Notes under the pieces: generated by a model
Told to the model about the DNA's origin: nothing
Database searches by the model: none
What the model saw: only the letters and a program-made list of their open reading frames with translations
Assembly (NCBI GenBank): GCA_003452965.1
Contig: DMMW01000002.1
Location: forward strand, 43,975 to 107,974
Origin: Elusimicrobiota bacterium
GTDB taxonomy: Bacteria; Elusimicrobiota; UBA8919
Direction of reading: 5' to 3'
DNA: 64,000 nucleotides
Part shown: positions 33,143 through 43,355 of the stretch, one piece after another
Layout: each line of letters opens with the position of its first letter
Numbering within the stretch: the first letter of the stretch is position 1
Program-made: the position numbers and the translations under genes

Positions 33143-33808
33143 ATGAAAAAAAAGAAAATAATTATTTTAGGTGCAACCGGCGGTTGTGTTGATATTTTAG
33201 ATACAATTAATGATATTAATTTAAATTCATCAAATTGCAGATATGAATGTATCGGTTTTTTGGATGATAATAAATCTTTATGGGGTAAAAAAGTTTTAAA
33301 TTCCAAAGTACTCGGACCATTTGAGAAATCCTCTAAATATTTAAAGGATTGTTATTTTATAACAGGTATAGGCGGTCCTCATAATTTTTGGAAAAAAAAG
33401 TCAATAATTTCAGGATTAAATATTCCTTTGGAAAGATTTGAGACAATTATTCATCCTACTGCTAACCTTTCAAATACGGTAACGTTAGGTTTTGGCTGTG
33501 TAATCCATCAGAACGTAACTATAACAAGAGATGTTCAAATTAGCAATCATGTACTTATTTTGCCAAACACAGTTATTACTCATGGCGATATAATCGGAGA
33601 TTATTCAATTATAAATGCAGGAGTATGTATTTCAGGAGATGTCAATATGGGAAAATCATGTTATATAGGAGCCAATAGTTCTATTAGGCAAAATATCAAA
33701 ATTAGAGATTACTGCCTTATTGGTATGGGGAGCGTCGTTTTGCATGATGTTGCTGAAAATAGCGTCGTCGTAGGAAATCCGGCTAGATTTTTAAGACATA
33801 CTAAATAA
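33143..33808 (+). CDS. sugar N-acetyltransferase of NeuD/PglD family (N-terminal Rossmann-like + left-handed beta-helix)
   Basis: KIIILGATGGCVDIL, hexapeptide repeats VLILPNTVITHGDIIGDYSIINAGVCISGDVNMG. Confidence 0.7.
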   Translation: MKKKKIIILGATGGCVDILDTINDINLNSSNCRYECIGFLDDNKSLWGKKVLNSKVLGPFEKSSKYLKDCYFITGIGGPHNFWKKKSIISGLNIPLERFETIIHPTANLSNTVTLGFGCVIHQNVTITRDVQISNHVLILPNTVITHGDIIGDYSIINAGVCISGDVNMGKSCYIGANSSIRQNIKIRDYCLIGMGSVVLHDVAENSVVVGNPARFLRHTK

Positions 33809-33849
33809 AAATGTTAATTACAAAATTTTAAAATATAAGAGGTTTATAA

Positions 33850-35061
33850 ATGCCAAAATCAAAAGCACCACTAAACAAAGAATATGTCAGGGAATATAAA
33901 GATATTTTAAACAAGGCGAAGCATTACGTGAATCATCCCGATGAATTAAGGCGTGATATTGAACTTGAATATCTTGAAAGAGAAAAAGACAGAGAATTAC
34001 TGAATATTCCGGTTCCCAAACCGGATGAATTTTCGTATAAGATGATTCAGTATAATGGTTTTATTCATTATCCTGAGAGGTTAAAGAATTTTATTATAGC
34101 TAAGAATGAACTGAGAAAGATTACTCGTTCTTTTTTTCCGGTTATTCTTGATATAGAACCGACAAGCCGTTGTAATTTTCGCTGTATAATGTGTCAATTG
34201 AACGATTGGAAAAATGGTAAGAGGGCGGATGATTTAAAATTTGATGATTTTAAAAAGATAATTGACGAGCAATATGGTTTGACTGAAATAAAATTACAGG
34301 GCATGGGTGAACCTTTGTTGAATAAAGAATTCTTTAAAATGATAGAGTATGTAGTAAAAAAATATATATGGATCAGGACGACGGTTAATGGCTCATTGCT
34401 TCATATTAACGATAATTACAGGAAGCTGGTTGATTCCGGTGTAAATGAAATACAAATATCAGTTGATGGAGCGACAAAGAAAGTATTTGAAAAAATCCGA
34501 AGAAATTCTAATTTTGACAAGGTGGTAGAAAACCTAAAAATACTAAATAATTATTCTAATTCCAAAAATAAATTAGTGACAAGAATGTGGGTATTGCTAC
34601 AAGAACATAATAAACATCAGGTATTTGAGTTTTTAGACCTGGCAAAACATATGGAGTTCAAGCGTTTAACTTATTCGATAGGGATGAGTGATTTTGGTCA
34701 GGAGAAATGGAATAAAAATAATAAATCTCTGGAGATAAAAGAATTCTTACCCAAATCAGATTTATCCAAATTGTTGGAAAAAGCAAAAAACTACGGAATA
34801 GAAATTACCCGCTGGAACCTTGAACAAAAATATAATAATGAAACTGTAAATACAAAATGTCCCTGGCCGTTTAATAGGGCATTTATAAGTTCAGATATGA
34901 AAATAGTACCGTGTTGCATGATAGGTAATCCCAATGTTTCCAATCTCGGTGATGCAAGAAAATTTGAAAGTGTATGGAATGGTAAAATTTATCAACATTT
35001 CCGTAAGTCGCATTTAGAAGGTAAAATTCCCAAAATCTGTAAAAATTGTTATAAAATCTAA
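33850..35061 (+). CDS. radical SAM enzyme with C-terminal SPASM-type Cys-rich domain, function unknown
   Basis: CNFRCIMC (CxxxCxxC) after 95-aa N-terminal extension; C-terminal CPWPF...PCCMIGNP...CKNC cysteine cluster. Confidence 0.7.
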   Translation: MPKSKAPLNKEYVREYKDILNKAKHYVNHPDELRRDIELEYLEREKDRELLNIPVPKPDEFSYKMIQYNGFIHYPERLKNFIIAKNELRKITRSFFPVILDIEPTSRCNFRCIMCQLNDWKNGKRADDLKFDDFKKIIDEQYGLTEIKLQGMGEPLLNKEFFKMIEYVVKKYIWIRTTVNGSLLHINDNYRKLVDSGVNEIQISVDGATKKVFEKIRRNSNFDKVVENLKILNNYSNSKNKLVTRMWVLLQEHNKHQVFEFLDLAKHMEFKRLTYSIGMSDFGQEKWNKNNKSLEIKEFLPKSDLSKLLEKAKNYGIEITRWNLEQKYNNETVNTKCPWPFNRAFISSDMKIVPCCMIGNPNVSNLGDARKFESVWNGKIYQHFRKSHLEGKIPKICKNCYKI

Positions 35062-35078
35062 AAGGATTGGTGTTAAAT

Positions 35079-35657
35079 ATGTCTAATGTTGATAAAAATG
35101 TTTTTATTAAAGATTATTTTGGAAATATCAAAAGTGTTTTGGATAATATACCAATAGAAAAAGTAGTATCTGTTATTTCATTACTGGAAGAATCTTATCA
35201 AGACAAAAGACAGATATTTATAGCCGGAAACGGCGGCAGTGCATCAACTGCATCCCATATGGCAAACGATTTTATGATGGGTGTTGCCAAAAAAAGAGAT
35301 AGAGGATTTAAAGCCATTTCACTTTCTGACAGCAATTCTATTATAACAGCAGTAGCAAATGATAATAGTTATGAAGAAATATTTTCTGCACAGTTGGTAG
35401 AATTGGGTAATAAAGATGATATACTTATCGTTTTTTCAGGTAGCGGTAACTCGCCAAATATAGTGCGTGTAGTAGAGATGGCAAAGAAAATTAAAATAAA
35501 AACGATTGCATTTCTTGGCAGAAATGGCGGTGATGTAGGTAAAATAGCTGATTTATGCATAGTAGTTCCCGCAGAGGACTATGGCCCGATAGAAGATATT
35601 CATTTAATATTTGATCATCTTATAACGTCATATTTCTTAAAAACAACCATTAAATGA
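35079..35657 (+). CDS. gmhA: D-sedoheptulose-7-phosphate isomerase (SIS domain, GmhA)
   Basis: IFIAGNGGSASTASHMANDF, ITAVANDNSYEEIF, FSGSGNSPN, IEDIHLIFDHL. Confidence 0.8.
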   Translation: MSNVDKNVFIKDYFGNIKSVLDNIPIEKVVSVISLLEESYQDKRQIFIAGNGGSASTASHMANDFMMGVAKKRDRGFKAISLSDSNSIITAVANDNSYEEIFSAQLVELGNKDDILIVFSGSGNSPNIVRVVEMAKKIKIKTIAFLGRNGGDVGKIADLCIVVPAEDYGPIEDIHLIFDHLITSYFLKTTIK

Positions 35658-35663
35658 AGCGAC

Positions 35664-35680
35664 ACGGGTTAAAAACCCGT
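35664..35680 (+). terminator. stem-loop ACGGGTT-AAA-AACCCGT right after gmhA stop
   Basis: 7-bp perfect stem. Confidence 0.4.
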
Positions 35681-35712
35681 TATATAGTTTACCTTAAGAT
35701 TCTAGGAGCGGA

Positions 35713-35771
35713 ATCCTGCCCGAAGACCATTCACTATCGCTTTTATAAACGTGGTCTTCTGGCTGCAGGAT
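35713..35771 (+). promoter_or_regulatory. long interrupted inverted repeat (ATCCTGCCCGAAGACCA ... TGGTCTTCTGGCTGCAGGAT) ending 16 nt before ATG 35787
   Basis: about 15 bp paired in two blocks around a 21-nt loop. Confidence 0.4.
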
Positions 35772-35786
35772 GAATAAGATCTCATT

Positions 35787-37073
35787 ATGAAAAAATTTAT
35801 TTTAACAATAATCAAATCTATAAATATTATTATTTGTTTCACATATTCTATAGCCAAACTGTTAATAAATATAAATATTATTAGAAAAGCTCAGGTGGTT
35901 GTGTTATTACCTGATGGTGGTTTTGGTCACACTATTACAGGCCCGGACATAACAAGAAAGGTATATAAAGGCCAAAGATGTGTTTTTATAGTTTTTTCAG
36001 AATATAGAAGGCATAATTGGAAAGTGTCGTTAATTTGGACTGATATTGAGGTTATTTTTTTACCATTGAGTATTGGTACCAAATATAGGGTGTTTGGAAA
36101 AGCATTGGTTTTCCCATGGGCTTATTGGTATAGGGAAGGAGTTCCCAATATTGTGAAAAACATTTTTAAATTGTTAAATGCATCGTGTAATATTCACTAT
36201 GTTAACGAAATTTACGGCAATTTGCAGCTACCCAATGAGATAGGAAAAGATGAATCAAAACCGGGGGGATTAAATAATTTTGGCCATTCATGGCCAACGG
36301 GATATTTTAAATTGTCTGAAAAGGTATTTGCACCAAATGTTTATTTGCCTAATAGTTTACAAAGAGATATTGAAAATAAAATATTAAATTATTTGCCGGA
36401 AGAAAAAAAAGATAAAATAAAATTATGTTGTCTGTACTTGCGACAGAAAGGATTGGAAGAAAAAGACGATGCTTCTAATTATACAAGAAGCGGTTCAAAT
36501 TTTGAAGATTATATTATGGCAATAAAAAAACTAAATAATTCCGGTTACATAGTATTGTTAACAGGAGATGTTGTCCCTTCATTATTAAAAATGAAGGAAT
36601 TTAACGGGATGCTCATAGATAATAGACTTATCAAAATTGATAAAAATCTATTTTATATATATGCTGCAACCAATTCAGATATTTTTATCGGAGAACCTGG
36701 TGGAGGGGCATGGTTGCCAAATGTAAATAATATTTTGAAGTTGATTATTAATGCTTTTCCTTTTAGTTATGGTCTCCCAAATTCTTGGGTGTATTATAAA
36801 ACAGTAAGAGATAGAAACGGAAATTTAATGAAGTTCGAAAAATTATTATCCGATTATTCATATCATTATAATTTTGAGGAGTTTGGTTTTAATTTATATA
36901 ATAACTCAGCCGATGAAATTTACAGAGCCGTTTCTTCATTTATAGAAGATATTAATAAGCCTGTTGAATATAATCCCGGTGCAGATATCGTTTCAAAAAT
37001 TTCAAATTATTCGTGGTTGAAGATATCAAAGGCGAAAATTTCTCCGGAATGGTTGCGGTTATACTCTGTTTAA
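35787..37073 (+). CDS. hypothetical protein with N-terminal membrane anchor
   Basis: No recognisable motif; sits between gmhA and neuB-like; preceded by long inverted repeat. Confidence 0.3.
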   Translation: MKKFILTIIKSINIIICFTYSIAKLLININIIRKAQVVVLLPDGGFGHTITGPDITRKVYKGQRCVFIVFSEYRRHNWKVSLIWTDIEVIFLPLSIGTKYRVFGKALVFPWAYWYREGVPNIVKNIFKLLNASCNIHYVNEIYGNLQLPNEIGKDESKPGGLNNFGHSWPTGYFKLSEKVFAPNVYLPNSLQRDIENKILNYLPEEKKDKIKLCCLYLRQKGLEEKDDASNYTRSGSNFEDYIMAIKKLNNSGYIVLLTGDVVPSLLKMKEFNGMLIDNRLIKIDKNLFYIYAATNSDIFIGEPGGGAWLPNVNNILKLIINAFPFSYGLPNSWVYYKTVRDRNGNLMKFEKLLSDYSYHYNFEEFGFNLYNNSADEIYRAVSSFIEDINKPVEYNPGADIVSKISNYSWLKISKAKISPEWLRLYSV

Positions 37074-37197
37074 TTGGCAGAAAAAATGAGATTATATTTG
37101 TCGGTATACAAAATAAAAATTCAGCAAAAATATGTAATTTCATAACTCGTTCAAATGATGAGGATTATCTTAAGTGTAAAAGATATTAGATAAGAAT

Positions 37198-38196
37198 ATG
37201 TTAAACAAAGTTTTAATTATAGCTGAACTTGGAATGACGCATAATGGTTCGGTATCACTTGCAAAAAAATTGATAAATTCCGCAGTAGATTGCGGAGTAG
37301 ATGCTGTTAAATTTCAAATGCATATTTTTGATGAAGAAAGTTTGCCGGATGCACCATCTCCGAAATATTTTACTAATGAAAGCAGGAAAGAGTTTTTTAA
37401 AAGAACATCGTTTACAGAGGAACAATGGATAGGTATTAAAAAGCATATAAAAGATAAAAGAAAGAAATTTGTTTGTTCTCCATTTTCAATTAAAGCAGTG
37501 AAATCATTGGAAAAGATAGGTGTTGATATATATAAAATCCCTTCAGGAGAAGTTACAAATACACCATATTTAGAAATTGTTGCAAAAACTAAAAAACCGA
37601 TTATTTTATCAACAGGAATGAATAATTGGAAGGAATTAGATAGTGCTGTAAAAACTATTAATAAATACAACAAAAATCTATTTATTATGCAATGTACATC
37701 CTCTTATCCTTGTAAATATGAAGAAGTAGGCCTGAATGTTATAAAAGAAATGCAAGCACGATATAAAATGCCGGTAGGTTTATCTGACCATACATTGACT
37801 ATTTATGCTTCTTTTGCAGCAGTGACTTTAGGAGCAAAGATAATTGAGAAACATTTTACTACTCATAAGAATCTTTATGGTCCTGATGCTAAATTTTCCT
37901 TGGAACCAAATGAAATGAAGAATTTAGTAGAAGGTATAAGAAATATTGAAATAATGCTGAATAACAAGGTTGATAAAGATGATATAATTAAATTTAAAGA
38001 TATGAAGTTTATCTTTGAAAAAAGCATTGTTTCTAAAAAATATATAAAAAAAGGTACTGTTATAACTTCCGATTTATTAGATTTTAAAAAACCAGGTGAC
38101 GGTATACGGGCTGATAGAATGAAAGAAATAATAGGGAAAAAAGTAAAGGTTGATATACCGGGAAATACCATGGTTTTGCTGGAGCATGTAAAATGA
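37198..38196 (+). CDS. neuB: NeuB-family nonulosonic acid synthase (PEP-condensing; sialic/legionaminic/pseudaminic acid synthase)
   Basis: IIAELGMTHNGS..AKKLINSAVDCGVDAVKFQ, C-terminal SAF/antifreeze-like domain. Confidence 0.8.
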   Translation: MLNKVLIIAELGMTHNGSVSLAKKLINSAVDCGVDAVKFQMHIFDEESLPDAPSPKYFTNESRKEFFKRTSFTEEQWIGIKKHIKDKRKKFVCSPFSIKAVKSLEKIGVDIYKIPSGEVTNTPYLEIVAKTKKPIILSTGMNNWKELDSAVKTINKYNKNLFIMQCTSSYPCKYEEVGLNVIKEMQARYKMPVGLSDHTLTIYASFAAVTLGAKIIEKHFTTHKNLYGPDAKFSLEPNEMKNLVEGIRNIEIMLNNKVDKDDIIKFKDMKFIFEKSIVSKKYIKKGTVITSDLLDFKKPGDGIRADRMKEIIGKKVKVDIPGNTMVLLEHVK

Positions 38197-38301
38197 AAGT
38201 GAAAAATAGGTACTTTTTTGGAAGTCGCGGAAAGCGGACATTAATTATTTTTAAATGATTGATTGTATGATAAATATAAATTAGTAAAAGGAAATTTTAA
38301 T

Positions 38302-39363
38302 ATGTCAATAGTATTGATTACTGGTTCTGCGGGTTTAATTGGTTCTGAAAGTGTCCGTTTTTTTTCTAAAAAGGATTTTAAAATTGTAGGCATAGATAAT
38401 GATATGCGAAAATATTTTTTCGGTGATGAAGCATCTACCAAATGGAATAGAAATAAAATAGAAAAAGAAATTGAAAATTATAAACATTATGATATTGATA
38501 TAAGAAATCAGGAATCTGTAGAAAAAGTATTCAAAGAATACGGGAAAGATATAAAACTGGTTATTCATACTGCGGCGCAGCCTTCACATGACTGGGCGGC
38601 AAAAGAACCATTCACTGATTTTACGGTTAATGCAAACGGAACATTGACAATATTGGAGATGACCCATACATATTGTCCTGAGGCAGTATTTATATTTACT
38701 TCCACTAATAAAGTGTATGGTGATACTCCCAATAATTTACCTTTGATAGAATTAGAAACAAGATGGGAAGTTGATACAAAACATCAATATTTTAAGTTTG
38801 GCATAGATGAAAGTATGGGTATAGACAATTCAAAACACAGTTTATTTGGTGCATCTAAAGTTGCTGCTGATGTATTAGTTCAGGAATACGGAAAATATTT
38901 TGGAATGAAGACAGCGTGCTTCCGCGGAGGATGTTTGACAGGACCTAACCATTCCGGTACGCAATTACATGGCTTTTTAGCTTATCTGATGAAATGTGCA
39001 ATTTCGGGTGAAAAATACTCCGTATTTGGATATAAAGGAAAACAAGTCAGAGACAATATACATAGTTATGATTTTGTAAATATGTTCTGGAATTTTTATC
39101 AGAAACCGCGTATGGGAGAGGTTTATAATGCAGGCGGAGGCAGGCACTCAAATTGTTCAATGATAGAAGCGATAAAAATGTGCGAAGAAATAACCGGAAA
39201 AAAAATGAATTGGTCTTACAATGAAACAAACCGTATCGGAGATCATATTTGGTGGATTAGTGATGTGCGGAAGTTTAAATCACATTATCCTGATTGGAAT
39301 TATATTTTTAATATTAAAGAGATTTTAGTAGAAATCTATAACGGATTAAGTAAATCCCGCTAA
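38302..39363 (+). CDS. NAD-dependent sugar epimerase/dehydratase (SDR)
   Basis: [15 protein letters not shown] after RBS aaaagga; [16 protein letters not shown]; YGASK. Confidence 0.7.
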   Translation: MSIVLITGSAGLIGSESVRFFSKKDFKIVGIDNDMRKYFFGDEASTKWNRNKIEKEIENYKHYDIDIRNQESVEKVFKEYGKDIKLVIHTAAQPSHDWAAKEPFTDFTVNANGTLTILEMTHTYCPEAVFIFTSTNKVYGDTPNNLPLIELETRWEVDTKHQYFKFGIDESMGIDNSKHSLFGASKVAADVLVQEYGKYFGMKTACFRGGCLTGPNHSGTQLHGFLAYLMKCAISGEKYSVFGYKGKQVRDNIHSYDFVNMFWNFYQKPRMGEVYNAGGGRHSNCSMIEAIKMCEEITGKKMNWSYNETNRIGDHIWWISDVRKFKSHYPDWNYIFNIKEILVEIYNGLSKSR

Positions 39364-39407
39364 AAAATGTAGTTTTGTGGAATTTTTATAGCTAAAATAA
39401 TATTAGG

Positions 39408-41096
39408 ATGATATTTAACAAGGTATTTCAAGTGAAATTATCAAATATTTTATATAAAATAAAATATTATTTGTTCAAATTTTTAAAAAGTGAAAATCTA
39501 AATAAATATGATAAAGATATTGTTATGTATACTGAAAAATTTAAGGAAAAATACGGGGAGTTTCTGACAACAAAAAAAAGAAATAGCAAAAACGGCCATA
39601 CGGTCTTAATATTTAGTACGTTAAACAGTCCATATTCAATGAATATAGAATCAATAATTGCAAAAAAGCTGGAAGAATACGGATTTAGTATAGTGATATT
39701 AACTTTTATCCATTTGAAAAAAATGTCCGATATTATACATGGTGAAATATATGATTTTAATGATATTTTATATTTGGAAGATTTTTTAAGCATTGGAAAT
39801 TCACCTGAAGCAAAGAGGTTGTATAATAAGGTATTATTAATAAATGATGTTAATGAAATAAAAAATATGAGATATAAGAATACTTTGGTTGGGATTCATT
39901 CACTTGCGTCATTTAGCGGAATTGTACCTTCAGGTAAAATACAAATTGATAGAAAATCAAGAAAGAATATTGCAAAAATAGTAAGGAGTTCGTGCCGCAT
40001 TGTTGATGGCATAGAGAAAATAATCGAATTAACTAAACCAGAAAAGGTTTTAGTTTTGGATAAGGGAACGGTTGGTGTCTGTGAAATATTTTATGAATCA
40101 ATTTATCGTGAGATAGATTATTTACAATGGGCAAGTTGCCACGAACCAAATTCTATAATAGTTAAGAGATATAACACCGATAATTTCAGAGAACATCCGT
40201 TTTCAGTCTCAGAAAAAACATGGAATAACTATAAAAACAATAATGAAAATTATAGTGAATTTGTACTGGATTATTTTAAAAAAGGATATTTGGACGGCAA
40301 ATGGTTTGAATATAAAAAATTGGCAACGAACAAGGCATTGGTTACCAAAGAGGAAATAATTAAGAGATTAAAATTAAATTCTGACAAGAAAATAGCAATT
40401 ATATTTTCGCATATTTTAAATGATGCAAATTTCTTTTTTGGGAAAGATTTGTTTAAAAATGGATTTACTGAATGGTTGGTAAAAACGGTGGAAGTCGCAA
40501 GTAAAAATAAAGATGTTAATTGGTTGTTGAAATTACATCCAGCTAATATATTCAGACGTAAAAATATGAAATACCAGGGCGAATATGGGGAAATAATCGC
40601 AATAAAAGAATCACTAGGAAAAATTCCGGAAAATATTACCATTATACCTGCCGATATTAATATTAATCCTTATTCTTTTTTTAAGATTGCTGATTATGGG
40701 ATAACTGTAAGGGGAACAATAGGGGCCGAATTACCGTGTTTTGGTGTCCCTGTATTGACAGCAGGGACCGGAAGGTATTCAGGCAGGGGATTTACAATTG
40801 ATTCAGATAGTGTAGAAGAATATTTAGATAAGATAGCAAATATTCAAAAAATACCTGCATTATCAGAATATCAAAAAGATCTGGCTATTAAGCATGCGTA
40901 TCTGTTTTTTAAAGAAAGACCGGCAAAATATGACTCATATATATATGATATTTATCCTTATCCACAAGAACATCCATTAAATAGGGATATTGAGATTGTT
41001 GATAAGAATTTATTTGATAATAAGGATTTAATAAATTTATGTAATTTCATAAAAAATTCTAAAGATGAAGATTATATTTCAAGTAGAATGTATTGA
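39408..41096 (+). CDS. capsule-polysaccharide-biosynthesis-type protein (KpsC/KpsS-like, tentative)
   Basis: C-terminal WLLKLHPAN...ADYGITVRGTIGAELPCFGVPVLTAGTGRYSG resembles Capsule_synth family; weak. Confidence 0.35.
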   Translation: MIFNKVFQVKLSNILYKIKYYLFKFLKSENLNKYDKDIVMYTEKFKEKYGEFLTTKKRNSKNGHTVLIFSTLNSPYSMNIESIIAKKLEEYGFSIVILTFIHLKKMSDIIHGEIYDFNDILYLEDFLSIGNSPEAKRLYNKVLLINDVNEIKNMRYKNTLVGIHSLASFSGIVPSGKIQIDRKSRKNIAKIVRSSCRIVDGIEKIIELTKPEKVLVLDKGTVGVCEIFYESIYREIDYLQWASCHEPNSIIVKRYNTDNFREHPFSVSEKTWNNYKNNNENYSEFVLDYFKKGYLDGKWFEYKKLATNKALVTKEEIIKRLKLNSDKKIAIIFSHILNDANFFFGKDLFKNGFTEWLVKTVEVASKNKDVNWLLKLHPANIFRRKNMKYQGEYGEIIAIKESLGKIPENITIIPADININPYSFFKIADYGITVRGTIGAELPCFGVPVLTAGTGRYSGRGFTIDSDSVEEYLDKIANIQKIPALSEYQKDLAIKHAYLFFKERPAKYDSYIYDIYPYPQEHPLNRDIEIVDKNLFDNKDLINLCNFIKNSKDEDYISSRMY

Positions 41097-41130
41097 TATT
41101 TTTAACTGATTTAAATAAAAGGGGTAGAAT

Positions 41131-41928
41131 ATGTGGGATAAATATTTAATAAGACCCGGTAATAAAAAATTTTTAAATTATTTTAGAATAAAACGATTTA
41201 TTCATAAAGCGGTCTGTCCTCCCGGTGCTGCACTAAAATCATTATTAAAACATATATTAAATAAATCTGAATTGAAACTTGAAATCTATCAAGAAGAATT
41301 ATTAAAAAATAATGTCCTAAAAGAAATTTATCTTAGTGCAGTTAAAAAGGGATGGGTTCCTAAAAAGTGTGATTCATATGAGGATCGTTTTAGCAATCTT
41401 TTCCGTTCAAGCGCAAATATATCCTGGTTTTACGCTTTAATAAGAGAATTAAAACCTAAAAGAGTTGTAGAAACAGGTACAGCTGCTGGTGGTACAACAT
41501 CAATGATTCTTGCTGCTCTTGAAGCAAATAATTCTGGAAAGTTAATCTCTATTGATTTGCCTTCAGAAAAAGGAAAAAATACTATGAATTGGTCTCTGCC
41601 GGAACGGCAGAAAGCAGGTTTTTTAGTACCTGAACAATATAAATATAGATGGGAATTGAGAACAGGTGATTCGAAAGATTTGCTCGTCGAATGTTTAAGA
41701 GAAGAACCTTGCGATATTTTTATACACGATAGTCTGCATACATACGAACATATGATATGGGAATATGTAACTGCCTTTTTGAATATGCAAGACGGTAAAA
41801 TTATAATTTCTGATGATGTTTTGTGGAATAAAGCATGGCTAAATTTTATTACGAACTTTGATCTGAGGAGTTTTCAGGATTTATCAAATCCAAATATAGG
41901 CGTAACTGTTATTAAACATAAAGAATAA
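41131..41928 (+). CDS. class I SAM-dependent O-methyltransferase (TylF/MycF/CmcI-like)
   Basis: VVETGTAAGGTTSMI, SIDL, IFIHDSLHTYEH. Confidence 0.6.
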   Translation: MWDKYLIRPGNKKFLNYFRIKRFIHKAVCPPGAALKSLLKHILNKSELKLEIYQEELLKNNVLKEIYLSAVKKGWVPKKCDSYEDRFSNLFRSSANISWFYALIRELKPKRVVETGTAAGGTTSMILAALEANNSGKLISIDLPSEKGKNTMNWSLPERQKAGFLVPEQYKYRWELRTGDSKDLLVECLREEPCDIFIHDSLHTYEHMIWEYVTAFLNMQDGKIIISDDVLWNKAWLNFITNFDLRSFQDLSNPNIGVTVIKHKE

Positions 41929-41992
41929 TAAGAACATAAATATACATTAAAAGATTTTAGTGATAGAAGAAATTAGGATGATTCAAGATAGT

Positions 41993-42002
41993 TCTGTGTA
42001 AT
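41993..42002 (+). repeat. partial junction motif TCTGTGTAAT(TTGTA), 57 nt before neuC-like ATG
   Basis: shares TCTGTGTAATTTGTA 15-mer with copy at 60474. Confidence 0.5.
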
Positions 42003-42059
42003 TTGTAAAATCAATTAATTCAGTAATAGCTTGCAGAGCATTTTAATGGAGAATATAAA

Positions 42060-43253
42060 ATGAAAAGAAAAAGAAAAAGAAAAATAGGTATTGTTATCGG
42101 AAGCCGGGCAAATTATGCGAGCATTAAATCTGTGGCACGGGAACTTAAGAAAAATAGGAATATTGAGCTTCATATTTATGCGGGTGCTTCTGCAATTTTA
42201 GATAAATATGGTAAGGTTGAAGATATCATAGAAAAGGATGGATTTCATATAGATGAGAGATTCTATATGTTGGTTGAAGGTGAAACACCTGAAACAATGG
42301 CTATGTCCACCGGTTTGGGGATTATACGTCTGGTTGATATATTTCAAAATCAAAGGCCAGATATCGTAATTACGGTAGGAGATAGGTTTGAGACAATGGC
42401 CACCGCTATTTCTGCCGCATATCTTAATATATTTTTAGCGCATACTATGGGCGGAGAGGTCTCGGGAACAGTTGACGAGTCTATAAGGCATGCTGTTACA
42501 AAATTCGCACATATTCATTTCCCTGCAAATAAAAGGGCATCAGACAGAATTATAAAAATGGGAGAAGAACCAAAAAATGTTTTTGTAACCGGATGTCCGA
42601 GAATAGATATAGTTAAAGAAGTTATAGAAGAAAGCAGAAAAAGTAACAATTTTAATGAAGATAATTTTTGGAAGAAGTATAAAGGAGTAGGCGGCAATTT
42701 TTCATTAAAAAAAGAAAAATTTCTATTAGTATTACAACATCCTGTTACTACCGAATTTCATAAAAATAGGGAACATATAAATGAGACATTAATGGCTTTA
42801 AATGAGTTAAAGATACCGACTATAATGCTTTGGCCGAATGCAGATGCAGGTAGTGATGAAATCTCTAAAGGAATACGAACTTTTAGAGAAGAATATAAGC
42901 CGGATTGGTTTCATATTTTTAAAAATTTACCTATGGAAGTTTTTGTGCAGTTAATGGATATGTGTAAAGTATTAATAGGAAATACGAGCAGTGCCATAAG
43001 AGAAGGCGCTATCGTAGGAGTTCCTGTGGTAAATATTGGTACCAGGCAACAGGGGAGATGTAGGGGAAAGAACGTTTTTGATGTTAATTATAATAAAAAT
43101 GAAATAGTAAATGCAATTAAAAAACAAATAGAACATGGAAAATATAAGCCGGATTATATATATGGTGATGGTAAAGCCGGTAAGAAAATAGCAAAAATTT
43201 TAAGTGAAATAGATTTAAATAAAGTTGATATACAAAAAAGGATTTTAATATAA
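42060..43253 (+). CDS. neuC: UDP-N-acetylglucosamine 2-epimerase (hydrolysing), NeuC-like
   Basis: KIGIVIGSRANYASIK, VGDRFETMATAISAAYLNI, HTMGGEVSGTVDESIRHAVTKFAHIHF. Confidence 0.75.
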   Translation: MKRKRKRKIGIVIGSRANYASIKSVARELKKNRNIELHIYAGASAILDKYGKVEDIIEKDGFHIDERFYMLVEGETPETMAMSTGLGIIRLVDIFQNQRPDIVITVGDRFETMATAISAAYLNIFLAHTMGGEVSGTVDESIRHAVTKFAHIHFPANKRASDRIIKMGEEPKNVFVTGCPRIDIVKEVIEESRKSNNFNEDNFWKKYKGVGGNFSLKKEKFLLVLQHPVTTEFHKNREHINETLMALNELKIPTIMLWPNADAGSDEISKGIRTFREEYKPDWFHIFKNLPMEVFVQLMDMCKVLIGNTSSAIREGAIVGVPVVNIGTRQQGRCRGKNVFDVNYNKNEIVNAIKKQIEHGKYKPDYIYGDGKAGKKIAKILSEIDLNKVDIQKRILI

Positions 43254-43319
43254 TAGAAAGGAAAGTGCGATAGTGGGATTGTGGGATAGGGGGTAGTCAT
43301 GATTTCTTCTACTTGTAGT

Positions 43320-43337
43320 TGCTAATCTTGATTAGCA
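43320..43337 (+). promoter_or_regulatory. 18-bp perfect palindrome TGCTAATCTTGATTAGCA upstream of neuA-like gene (operator-like)
   Basis: 8-bp arms, 2-nt centre; 19 nt before ATG 43356. Confidence 0.45.
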
Positions 43338-43355
43338 TAGATACCAAATGTTTAT

